Shown: positions 32,601 through 44,210 of the stretch, piece after piece
Position numbering within the stretch: the stretch's first letter is position 1
Layout of the letters: the number at the start of each line of letters is the position of its first letter
Assembly (NCBI GenBank): GCA_964016885.1
Contig: CAXHJY010001316.1
Location: 30,937-94,936 of the forward strand
Source: Eledone cirrhosa
Lineage: Eukaryota
DNA: 64,000 bases
Direction: 5' to 3'
Translations under genes and position numbers: made by a program
The notes under the pieces: model-generated
Databases searched by the model: none
What the model was told of the DNA's origin: nothing
What the model saw: only the letters and a program-made list of their open reading frames with translations

Positions 32601-35600
32601 TAGAACGTCAGGTAGAATGACAGTCGTTAGAACGTCAGATAGAATGGCAGTCGTTAGAACGTCAGATAGAATGGCAGTCGTTGGAACGTCAGATAGAATG
32701 GCAGTCGTTGGAACGTCAGATAGAATGGCAGTCGTTGGAACGTCAGATAGAATGGCAGTCGTTGGAACGTCAGATAGAATGACAGTCGTTAGAACGTCAG
32801 ATAGAATGGCAGTCGTTAGAACGTCAGATAGATTGGCAGTCGTTAGAACGTCAGATAGATTGGCAGTCGTGAGAACGTCAGATAGATTGGCAGTCGTGAG
32901 AACGTCAGATAGATTGGCAGTCGTGAGAACGTCAGATAGAATGACATTCGTTAGAACGTCAGATAGAATGACAGTCGTTAGAACGTCAGATAGAATGACA
33001 GTCGTTAGAACGTCAGATAGAATGACAGTCGTTAGAACGTCAAATAGAATGACAGTCGTTAGAACGTCAGATAGAATGGCAGTCGTTAGAACGTCAGATA
33101 GAATGGCAGTCGTTAGAACGTCAGATAGAATGGCAGTCGTTAGAACGTCAGATAGAATGACAGTCGTTAGAACGTCAGATAGAATGACAGTCGTTAGAAC
33201 GTCAGATAGAATGACAGTCGTTAGAACGTCAGATAGAATGACAGTCGTTAGAACGTCAGATAGAATGACAGTCGTTAGAACGTCAGGTAGAATGACACTC
33301 GTTAGAACGTCAGATTGAATGACAGTCGTTAGAACGTCAGATAGATGACACTCGTTAGAACGTCAGATAGAATGACAGACGTTAGAACGTCAGGTAGAAT
33401 GACAGTCGTTAGAACGTCAGGTAGAATGGCAGTCGTTAGAACGTCAGATAGAATGGCAGTCGTTAGAACGTCAGATAGAATGGCAGTCGTTAGAACGTCA
33501 GATAGAATGGCAGTCGTTAGAACGTCAGATAGAATGGCAGTCGTTAGAACGTCAGATAGAATAACAGTCGTTATAACGTCAGGTAGAATGACAGTCGTTA
33601 GAACGTCAGATAGAATAACAGTCGTTAGAACGTCAGATAGAATAACAGTCGTTAGAACGTCAGATAGAATAACAGTCGTTAGAACGTCAGATAGAATAAC
33701 AGTCGTTAGAACGTCAGGTAGAATGGCAGTCGTTAGAACGTCAGATAGAATGGCAGTCGTTAGAACGTCAGATAGAATGGCAGTCGTTAGAACGTCAGAT
33801 AGAATGGCAGTCGTTAGAACGTCAGATAGAATAACAGTCGTTAGAACGTCAGATAGAATGACAGTCGTTAGAACGTCAGATAGAATGGCAGTCGTTAGAA
33901 CGTCAGATAGAATGGCAGTCGTTAGAACGACAGATAGAATGACAGTCGTTAGAACGTCAGGGGGAATGGCAGTCGCTAGAACGTCAGATAGAATGGCAGT
34001 CGTTAGAACGTCAGATAGAATGGCAGTCGTTAGAACGTCAGATAGAATGGCAGTCGTTAGAACGTCAGATAGAATAACAGTCGTTAGAACGTCAGATAGA
34101 ATGACAGTCGTTAGAACGTCAGATAGAATGGCAGTCGTTAGAACGTCAGATAGAATGACAGTCGTTAGAACGTCAGATAGAATGCCATCGCTAGAACGTC
34201 AGATAGAATGACAGTCGTTAGAACGCCAGATAGAATGACAGTCGTTAGAACGCCAGATAGAATGACAGTCGTTAGAATGTCAGATAGAATGGCAGTCGTT
34301 ACAACGTCAGATAGATTGGCAGTCGTTAGAACGTCAGATAGAATGACACTCGTTAGAACGTCAGATAGAATGACACTCGTTAGAACGTCAGATAGAATGA
34401 CACTCGTTAGAACGTCAGATAGAATGACAGTCGTTAGAACGTCAGATAGAATGGCAGTCGTTAGAACGTCAGATAGAATGGCAGTCGTTAGAACGTCAGA
34501 TAGATTGGCAGTCGTTAGAACGTCAGATAGATTGGCAGTCGTTAGAACGTCAGATAGATTGGCAGTCGTTAGAACGTCAGATAGAATGACAGTCGTTAGA
34601 ACGTCAGATAGAATGACAGTCGTTAGAACGTCAGGTAGAATGACAGTCGTTAGAACGTCAGGTAGAATGACAGTCGTTAGAACGTCAGATAGAATGGCAG
34701 TCGTTAGAACGTCAGATAGAATGGCAGTCGTTGGAACGTCAGATAGAATGGCAATTGTTAGAACGTCAGATAGATTGGCAGTCGTTCGAACGTCAGATAG
34801 GATGACACTCGTTAGAACGTCCTATAGAATGACAGTCGTTAGAACGTCAGATAGAATGGCAGTCGTTAGAACGTCAGATAGATTGGCAGTCGTTAGAACG
34901 TCAGATAGATTGGCAGTCGTTAGAACGTCAGATAGATTGGCAGTCGTTAGAAAGTCAGATAGAATGACACTCGTTAGAACGTCAGATAGAATGACACTTG
35001 TTAGAACGTCAGATAGAATGACAGTCGTTAGAACGTCAGATAGAATGACAGTCGTTAGAACGTCAGATAGAATGACAGTCGTTAGAACGTCAAATAGAAT
35101 GACAGTCGTTAGAACGTCAAATAGAATGACAGTCGTTAGAACGTCAGATAGAATGACTGTCGTTAGAACGTCAGGTAGAATGACAGTCGTTAGAACGTCA
35201 GATAGAATGACAGTCGTTAGAACGTCAGATAGATGACACTCGTTAGAACGTCAGATAGAATGACAGACGTTAGAACGTCAGGTAGAATGACAGACGTTAG
35301 AACGTCAGGTAGAATGACAGTCGTTAGAACGTCAGATAGAATGACAGTCGTTAGAACGTAAGATAGAATGGCAGTCGTTAGAACGTCAGATAGAATGGCA
35401 GTCGTTAGAACGTCTGATAGAATGGCAGTCGTTAGAACGTCAGATAGAATAACGGTCGTTATAACGTCAGGTAGAATGACAGTCGTTAGAACGTCAGGTA
35501 GAATGGCAGTCGTTAGAACGTCAGATAGAATAACAGTCGTTAGAACGACAGGTAGAATGACAGTCGTTAGAACGTCAGGTAGAATGGCAGTCGTTAGAAC

Positions 35601-37550
35601 GTCAGATAGAATGGCAGTCGTTAGAACGTCTGATAGAATGGCAGTCGTTAGAACGTCAGATAGAATGACAGTCGTTAGAACGTCAGATAGAATGGCAGTC
35701 GTTAGAACGTCAGATAGATTGGCAGTCGTTAGAACGTCAGATAGATTGGCAGTCGTTAGAACGTCAGATAGATTGGCAGTCGTTAGAACGTCAGATAGAT
35801 TGGCAGTCGTTAGAACGTCAGATAGATTGGCAGTCGTTAGAACGTCAGATAGAATGACACTCGTTAGAACGTCAGATAGAATGACACTCGTTAGAACGTC
35901 AGATAGAATGACAGTCGTTAGAACGTCAGATAGAATGACAGTCGTTAGAACGTCAGATAGAATGACAGTCGTTAGAACGTCAGATAGAATGGCAGTCGTT
36001 AGAACGTCAGATAGAATGGCAGTCGTTAGAACGTCAGATAGAATGACAGTCGTTAGAACGTCAGATAGAATGACAGTCGTTAGAACGTCAGGTAGAATGA
36101 CAGTCGTTAGAACGTCAGATAGAATCACAGTCGTTAGAACGTCAGATAGAATGACAGTCGTTAGAACGTCAGATAGAATGACAGTCGTTAGAACGTCAGA
36201 TAGAATGACACTCGTTAGAACGTCAGATAGAATGACACTCGTTAGCACGTCAGATAGAATGACAGACGTTAGAACGTCAGGTAGAATGACAGTCGTTAGA
36301 ACGTCAGATAGAATGGCAGTCGTTAGAACGTCAGATAGAATGACAGTCGTTAGAACGTCAGATAGAATAACAGTCGTTAGAACGTCAGATAGAATGGCAG
36401 TCGTTAGAACGTCAGATAGAATGGCAGTCGTTAGAACGTCAGATAGAATGGCAGTCGTTAGAACGTCAGATAGAATGGCAGTCGTTAGAACGTCAGATAG
36501 AATAACAGTCGTTAGAACGTCAGATAGAATGGCAGTCGTTAGAACGTCAGATAGAATGGCAGTCGTTAGAACGTCAGATAGAATGGCAGTCGTTAGAACG
36601 TCAGATAGAATGGCAGTCGTTAGAACGTCAGATAGATTGGCAGTCGTTAGAACGTCAGATAGAATGACACTCGTTAGAACGTCAGATAGAATGACACTCG
36701 TTAGAACGTCAGATAGAATGACACTCGTTAGAACGTCAGATAGAATGACAGTCGTTAGAACGTCAGATAGAATGGCAGTCGTTAGAACGTCAGATAGAAT
36801 GGCAGTCGTTAGAACGTCAGATAGAATGGCAGTCGTTAGAACGTCAGATAGATTGGCAGTCGTTAGAACGTCAGATAGATTGGCAGTCGTTAGAACGTCA
36901 GATAGAATGACAGTCGTTAGAACGTCAGATAGAATGACAGTCGTTAGAACGTCAGATAGAATGACAGTCGTTAGAACGTCAGATAGAATGGCAGTCGTTA
37001 GAACGTCAGATAGATTGGCAGTCGTTAGAACGTCAGATAGATTGGCAGTCGTTAGAACGTCAGATAGAATGACAGTCGTTAGAACGTCAGATAGAATGAC
37101 AGTCGTTAGAACGTCAGGTAGAATGACAGTCGTTAGAACGTCAGGTAAAATGACAGTCGTTAGAACGTCAGATAGAATGACAGTCGTTAGAACGTCAGAT
37201 AGAATGGCAGTCGTTAGAACGTCAGATAGAATGACAGTCGTTAGAACGTCAGATAGAATAACAATCGTTAGAACGTCAGATAGAATGGCAGTCGTTAGAA
37301 CGTCAGATAGAATGGCAGTCGTTAGAACGTCAGAATAACAGTCGTTAGAACGTCAGGTAGAATGACAGTCGTTAGAACGTCAGATAGAATGGCAGTCGTT
37401 AGAACGTCAGATAGAATGGCAGTCGTTAGAACGTCAGATAGAAAACTTTATGGTATTCTTTCCGACCCGCTGCTCTCTGAGATCAAATCCCGCCGAGGTC
37501 AACTTTGCCTCGAGGTCGACAAAAAAGTACCAGTCTAGTACTGGGGTCAA
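26685..37550 (+). mobile_element. Single SINE (family A-related) whose head is interrupted by the satellite
   Basis: SINE-like 5' start GGCAGCGTATTGG at 26685. Right after the array come GAGATCAAATCCCGCCGAGGTCAACTTTGCCT (B box and body, 37479-37510) and GGTCGAC...AAAGTACCAG. Confidence 0.8.
26703..37443 (+). repeat. ~10.7-kb satellite, 27-bp unit (ATGRCAGTCGTTAGAACGTCAGATAGA), roughly 400 copies
   Basis: Direct reading; the first few units are 29 bp (ATGGTAGAGTGGTTAGAACGTCAGATAGA). Confidence 0.98.
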
Positions 37551-38098
37551 TTCTTCTTCTATATATCTTTCTCATTTCTTCTCTCTCCCTTTCCATCTTT
37601 CTCTGAAAGAAATCTGCTGTACTCAGCTCTAGAGAGAGTGGGGCTCGGCCTGGCTTAAAATGTCCAAGAAACGCCGCATACGGCGCCCTGGCACCTCCCC
37701 CAGGAGTTAGGGAGCTTAGCACACTATTTGTTTTTTAGTGTGTTAGAGTTTGATAAAGGACTTGGTGAGTAAAAACCTGGCCAATATCTGCTAGACGATA
37801 TATCGATCTACCATGATCAATCATCCGTCTGAAAGAATCGTAAATCAATGAATTAATTAACCATCTAAATACGACTTTTGTTTTACTTTCATTATTCCAT
37901 AAACACACACACAGACACACACACACGCACACACAGATACACACATATACACACACATACAGACACACACATACACAAACGCACACACACACACACACAG
38001 ACAGACACACACACACACACACATACAGACAAACGCACACAAACACAAATACACACACACATACACACACAGAGACACAGACAGATACACATATACAC

Positions 38099-38138
<40 letters not shown>

Positions 38139-38379
38139 AGACAAACGCACACAAACACACACAGACACAGACAGACGCACACATACACAGACACACACAT
38201 ATACACTGACACACACAGAATCACACATACACACACAGACAGACATATATTTAAATGGCTCTGTAAGAGATTCTTCGAGGAAACTTTACGCAATGCGCTC
38301 CTACCACAAAAACTTTAACACCCCCCGCCTGATCTTGTTCACATGATCCCTTGAAGGCGACATTGAGTCCTAACAACGC

Positions 38380-38528
38380 CTAACACAGCATCACTTCCAT
38401 CCAGGAAGAAGCTGCCTTACACAGCTCTTACATCTCTATGACTACTGAAACAACTGCCGGACACCCCACGCGTTGACGTCATATACCTTGACTTTGCGAA
38501 GGTCTTTGACAAGGTCGACCACGGAATG
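38380..38528 (+). mobile_element. CR1-type RT fragment
   Basis: Translates [15 protein letters not shown]...[18 protein letters not shown] (RT motif with disablements). Confidence 0.85.
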
Positions 38529-38563
38529 TATGTATATGTATATATATATATATAAATATATAT

Positions 38564-38597
<34 letters not shown>

Positions 38598-38603
38598 ATA
38601 TAA

Positions 38604-38670
<67 letters not shown>

Positions 38671-38701
38671 AATATATATATATATGTATATATATATATA
38701 A

Positions 38702-38774
<73 letters not shown>

Positions 38775-39062
38775 AATATATATATATATGTATATATATA
38801 TATAAATATATATATATATATGTATATATAAATATATATATATATATATGTATATATAAATATATATATATATATGTATAGGTATATATATATATATATA
38901 AATATATATATATATATTAAAGTATCAAACGATATTCAACGATTATATGAAAGAATGAGTTTTACAGTAGATTGGAGTTATTAATATTAAAATATAAATA
39001 TTAATATACTACCTGGATTAAATCTTAACCATTTAACATCTCAGGGTATGTCATGTATCATT

Positions 39063-39119
39063 ATATTTTGTCTGATGAGGACGTACTGTTGTATATCCGA
39101 AATATGTATAATAAAATGT
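39063..39119 (+). ncRNA. Minimal type I hammerhead ribozyme motif
   Basis: Stem I ATATTTTGT/ATAAAATGT, CTGATGA at 39072-39078, stem II GGACGTAC-TGTT-GTATATCC, GAAA at 39099-39102, stem III T-ATGT-A, predicted cleavage after 39110 (AUA). Confidence 0.75.
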
Positions 39120-39151
39120 TATTGATCAAAAGAACATCTATTTTATTAATA

Positions 39152-39197
<46 letters not shown>

Positions 39198-39494
39198 TAT
39201 ATATATACAATATGGACAATTGAAACTACTATGTATTCTCAGCAGGGTAGTTGTGACGAGGATACACAGTCTCAATAAGGAGCAACATCGTAGAAACTAT
39301 TGACGACTGTTTTCTCTCGGCTGCCGCTGGAACAAAAGGATGTCGCAGTCATCTAGAAGTCACACATGCTAATGAGGAAGAAGTCACACATGCTAATGAG
39401 GAAGAAGTCACGCATGCTGCTAATGAGGCTGTTTGCTTGCAAACAAATCAAATATAAATAATATTATTGCAATATCATATTATTATTATTCACT

Positions 39495-39735
39495 CATGAG
39501 GAGACCGGGGTTATCTGGACATGCTCACCGACATCCAGAGTTGACATTGCACTCAGTGCTCCTGTGGGAGCCCCTACAGGGACACACTGGAAGAGGAAGA
39601 CCAAGGTTAACGTATGTTGATGCCCTAAGGACAGACACTGATCTGTTTGAGATGCAGGACATGGCAACGATAATGAGGGACAGAGACCGCTGGAGAGAAC
39701 TCGTCCATGGATCTCGGGAATTTTACCCGCCCTAG
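39495..39735 (+). mobile_element. RTE-clade LINE 3' end
   Basis: GHAHRH...VLLWEP..G...RGRPRLTYVDAL......MRDRDRWRELV, a typical RTE C-terminus, followed by (TA)n. Confidence 0.85.
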
Positions 39736-40169
39736 ATATATATATATATATATAGTGTCTGTGTGTGTGTATTTTTGCCTTAATTATTTTAACTATTTAC
39801 AACATAACTGAAAACAGTCCCCAAAGTAACCTCCATTGATTCCCAATTCTACCATATCCCTTCTAGAAGATTCGGTCACGGCAATAAAATGTTTTCGATA
39901 CCATGCAACATAAACTACACAGATAAATTAAGGCTGGCAGTTTCAACACTCCACAATTACCTAACTTGTTTCTAATATGAAACTCTTCTCTGTTTGGAGC
40001 GAAGATTGTCGGTTGAAAGAACTTCCTTTTCCGCATATTTGTCCATGTGGCCGATGACGGGTCAGTTTGGAAGTGCGTCCTCCAATAGTGGTGACCATAA
40101 CTGGACCAGAAACCAAAGGTCACACATACATGTTAAGTGTATGGAACATTGCTTATACTATATACAGAC

Positions 40170-40310
40170 AGAAAGGTGGGACAACCACAACCTGGAATAG
40201 ACAGGCATGAGGTTGGGTGCAACCTTGAGGAGGGCGAAGAGGTGAGAGGAATGGAAGGAGCAGGTTACCAGGTCATCTGTGGTGCCCCAACGGTCCACCA
40301 GACTACGGGA
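40170..40310 (+). mobile_element. RTE-type LINE extreme 3' end
   Basis: ...TCATCTGTGGTGCCCCAACGGTCCACCAGACTACGGGA ([13 protein letters not shown]-type terminus) followed by a microsatellite. Confidence 0.55.
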
Positions 40311-40327
40311 CACACACACACACACAC

Positions 40328-40370
<43 letters not shown>

Positions 40371-40416
40371 AGAAACGTAAGCTATCGCCGTATTTTGACT
40401 AAAGAAATTATTTAGC

Positions 40417-40491
<75 letters not shown>

Positions 40492-40725
40492 GTATGTATG
40501 TGTTCTTCTGGTTTCATAATTTCACAAATGTTTCCCAATAGAGAGAGAGAGTCGGTTTCTAACACAGACACAAGATTCTCTCATTGGAATTTACACATCA
40601 ACTGGGTAGATATGTATGTATGCATGTGTAGATATGGATGTTATTGTATGTGTGGATGTGTATGTTTTGAGTTGTATGTGTGCATGTGTATATGTTTTGC
40701 ATCTGTACATGTGTATATGCAGTTA

Positions 40726-41150
40726 TTAGATGCAACATTTTTGGAATGTTTTACATATTTTTACTGTTCCATTAATGGATTGTACTTGTAATTTCCTAAC
40801 TAGTTGTGTTCTTTCTGTTCCTGTGAAGCCTAGCTTCTCAAGATTTGTATTGAGGCAGTTACTAACATACCCCAGTGCCCCAATAATCACAGGCATAAAT
40901 CTGAAGGTGTAATCAGGGTGGAGTATCTGCAGATTTCTCATCAGTTCTGCATAAATATTCTCCTTTTCACTAATCTTTGATATTATATTGGCATCTGCTG
41001 GGCAGCTAATTTCCACTACTGTGCATGCCTTCTTCTCCCTGTCCCATATCATAATATCTGGTCTGTTATGCCTGTATTTTATTGGAGTTTTTACTAGAAC
41101 ATTCCACCAGTACTCTTTCATATTATGTATATGGATGTATTCCACATTGC
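40726..41150 (-). mobile_element. R4/Dong-type non-LTR retrotransposon 3' fragment (restriction-like endonuclease)
   Basis: HNRPDIMIWDREKK.C.VVEISCP.D......EK...Y.EL......MPVIIGALG matches the RLE domain pattern (PD-D/E). Confidence 0.85.
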
Positions 41151-41201
41151 TGTAGCTTTTAATGTGTTTATGTATGTATGTATGTATGTATGTATGTATG
41201 T

Positions 41202-41570
41202 CGGGTCACTCTTGAGTGCTACTGGTAACATGTAACCCAGTACAACCTGTCTCATGGTCGGGTCGTCGGTGACTAAACCGGCAACCCCACCATGCTAGCT
41301 TGGTGAGGAGGGTGATATTTGGACACCCTGTGGAGGAACTCAGCAGAGTCAACGGGCATCCAATTAGTATTTTTTTTTTCACCTGGGTGTGAAACGTCTC
41401 CAGTTGTTGTCACAACACCTTTCTAGGAGAGGGAAACTCTGAAAAAAAACCTGCGGCTTCGGAACCATCCGATGATGTTGACCAGTTCTCCTTTTCGGGT
41501 AGTGTTTTCGATGCTCAGAGAGTGGGATTGGTCGAGTGCAACGCCTTTCCCCCACTTAAAAAAACCTTCA
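41202..41570 (+). mobile_element. RTE-like 5' UTR fragment
   Basis: GTGCTACTGGTAACATGTAACCCAGTACAACCTGTCTCATGGTCGGGTCG is shared with 24930-25045 (minus strand); GGAGAGGGAAACTCTG...AAACC resembles RTE 5' UTRs. Confidence 0.5.
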
Positions 41571-42740
41571 AAGCACAGACATTGCTTGTTCAGGATATGT
41601 TAGAGGATCGTGTGGCTGGCTGTAGTCTAAAAGTGCACCATTTTCTGTAATCTGACAAGTGATTGCAATATTCTTAGCAGAGTTTGTAGCCATCTTGTAT
41701 GTATATTTGTACATTTACAAAAATCACTCTCTCTAAAGACTGTCTGCATGTGTGTATGTGTATAAAGATATATATGAATCGCTATAATTTGCTTCCAAAG
41801 CCTAACATGTCCGTAACTGTTTAGTTAGTGTGCCCACGTGACACACGTATTTGTATTTATATTACAAGGCAGACGAGATGTTTGTAACACCTGTTATTGA
41901 TACGATTCAATTGCTAGTAAGATAAATAATGACACCATCTCCACCACCACCACAGCACCCCGACAACCAATGATACACCACTCCACTTCCAGCACCAATA
42001 CCACCACTACTTCTGCAGTACTGCCAACCAGAACCGCCTCAGCCGCCACCAATAGCAACCCAACCACCACAAACGCACCAATGCCAAAACCACCACACCC
42101 AGTACCAACACCGCCACTACCTCTGTAGCACCGGCAATTAGAACCCTTTCTGTCACCACCAATACCACCGTCATTACCACCACCACCAACAACAACAACT
42201 ACAACAACAATATCAACATCAAGAAGAACAAGGAGATCGTTCAAACGAATGAACTGCGCACATTTCCTTCATTCATTAAGATGCCAAGAATGCTTCTCTC
42301 CAAACCCAACCAATCCAAACCCAACCAACACCAACTCAACTGTTTTTGCTATATCACAGATCCTAGCTAGAACTCATTGAAACTATTTCGCTATAATTTC
42401 TGGTGGCATTTGGCCCAAATTTCCAAGATTTTATTTTTTTTTTTAAATTTCTTTTGGCATAAAAGATTGTAATCTTGCTGCTGTCATAGAGGAAATCAAA
42501 TTCTTCGTGGAATGGAGAGCGGCTTTCTTCCATTTGAACATCTCCAGAACAAACAATAGAATGTGCCGTAACATGAAATTCTAGAGAAATTTTCTTGACA
42601 CTGAATCTTAGCTACACTATCATTTGGGAAGTTTCATTAGAAATTTTGATTCTAGGCGCGAAAATCTGTTCGTGATATCTTCCTGGAACCTTCTATAGTG
42701 ATGAGAGATATAGGTCCAGAGAGATAGATAGATAGTAAAG

Positions 42741-42772
<32 letters not shown>

Positions 42773-42843
42773 GGGCGGATACATGGATGGATAGGTAGAT
42801 ATAGATAGATAGATAGATAGATAGATAGACATATATATACTGC

Positions 42844-42893
<50 letters not shown>

Positions 42894-43080
42894 TGCTTTG
42901 ACTTCGGTTTCTAGTGCAGCCACGCACACGCACACACACAAACACACATATATTGGCAGTAGAGATAGAGAAAGAGGTAGAGTGGGAGTAGGAGAGAGTA
43001 ATGTTACCGACCAATTGTCAGAAGTAGTATTATAATGGTGATAGCTGGTTCAAGACTCAGGACAACTAACGTCAGTACAT

Positions 43081-43680
43081 GTTGACTTTGCCTTTCATCC
43101 TTACGGGGTCGATAAAATAAAGTACCAGTAATGTACTGGGTAATTTGCTGACCTTGTGCCTAAAGTAGAAACAATTATTACAGTGGATTGGCAGTATCGG
43201 TAGAGGGTTGGACGCCATGCTTTGACGCATAGAGTTACGACCCTTGCCATTCTGAGTTCAAATCCCACCGCGGTTAACTTTGCCTTTCATCCTTATAGGG
43301 TCGATAAAATAAAGTACCAGTAATTCACTGGGTATTTGCTGGCCTTGTGCCAAAAGTAGAAACAATTATTACAGTCGAGTTCAAGACTCAGGACAACTAA
43401 CGTCAGTACATTATCACAGTCGAGTTCAAGACTCAGGACAACTAATGTCAGTACATTATTACAGTCGAGTTCAAGACCCAGGACAACTAATGTCAGTACA
43501 TTATTACAGTTCAAGACACAGTACACTAATCGGCTTTACAGCATAGATTTACGGCTCTTTACGATCTGAGTTCAAATCCCGCCGAGGTTAACTTTGCCTT
43601 TCATCCTTACGGAGTTGATAAAATAAAGTACCAGTAATGCACTGGGTAATTGCTGGCCTTGTGCCAAAAGTAGAAACAAT
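43081..43680 (+). mobile_element. Cluster of three SINE family A copies interleaved with a 45-bp tandem repeat
   Basis: SINEs at about 43081-43155, 43163-43366 and 43530-43680; 45-bp units CAGTCGAGTTCAAGACTCAGGACAACTAAYGTCAGTACATTATTA at 43370-43520, plus a partial unit at 43047-43080. Confidence 0.85.
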
Positions 43681-43838
43681 TCTAAGAGGACAACTGTGAG
43701 TATTACAGTTGTCAACATCAGCCCTGGTTTATTGCTGACATATTTCTCTTTCTCACCTAATGTAGTTTCCTGTCCTTTAATAATTCTAATATTTATAGAA
43801 TATTTTCTACTAGATTACAATAACAACTGCAATATTTT

Positions 43839-44210
43839 ATATGGTCAGTCATATTGTTGTTTTATACTTTTTTATATGATCAGTCATATTGTTGTTTTAT
43901 ACTTTTTATATGGTCAGTCATATTGTTGTTTTATACTTTTTAATATGGTCAGTCATATTGTTTTATACTTTTTTATATGGTCAGTCATATTGTTTTATAC
44001 TTTTTTATATGGTCAGTCATATTGTTGTTTTATACTTTTTTTTATGGTCAGTCATAGTGTTTTATACTTTTTTATATGGTCAGTCATAGTGTTTTATACT
44101 TTTTTATATGGTCAGTCATATTGTTGTTTTATACTTTTTTATATGGTCAGTCATATTGCTGTTTTATACTTTTTTATATGGCGAGTCATATTGTTGTTGT
44201 TTTATACTTT
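43839..44210. repeat. Minisatellite, ~32-35-bp unit (ATATGGTCAGTCATATTGTTGTTTTATACTTTTTT)
   Basis: About 11 tandem copies. Confidence 0.92.

Noticed and set aside
26952-37338. Long ORFs of MTVVRTSDR repeats as a repetitive protein
   Set aside because: They follow from a 27-bp unit without a stop. The frames are broken by 26-bp units and stops, there is no unique N- or C-terminus, and the array sits inside a SINE.
26703-37443. CRISPR-like array
   Set aside because: The units are contiguous with no unique spacers, there are no cas genes, and the context is eukaryotic.
37649-37770. Short ATG-initiated basic peptide (MSKKRRIRRP...) and a possible micro-exon ending at GTGAGT
   Set aside because: The frame stops within about 16 codons, no homology is recognisable, and the splice signals alone are insufficient.
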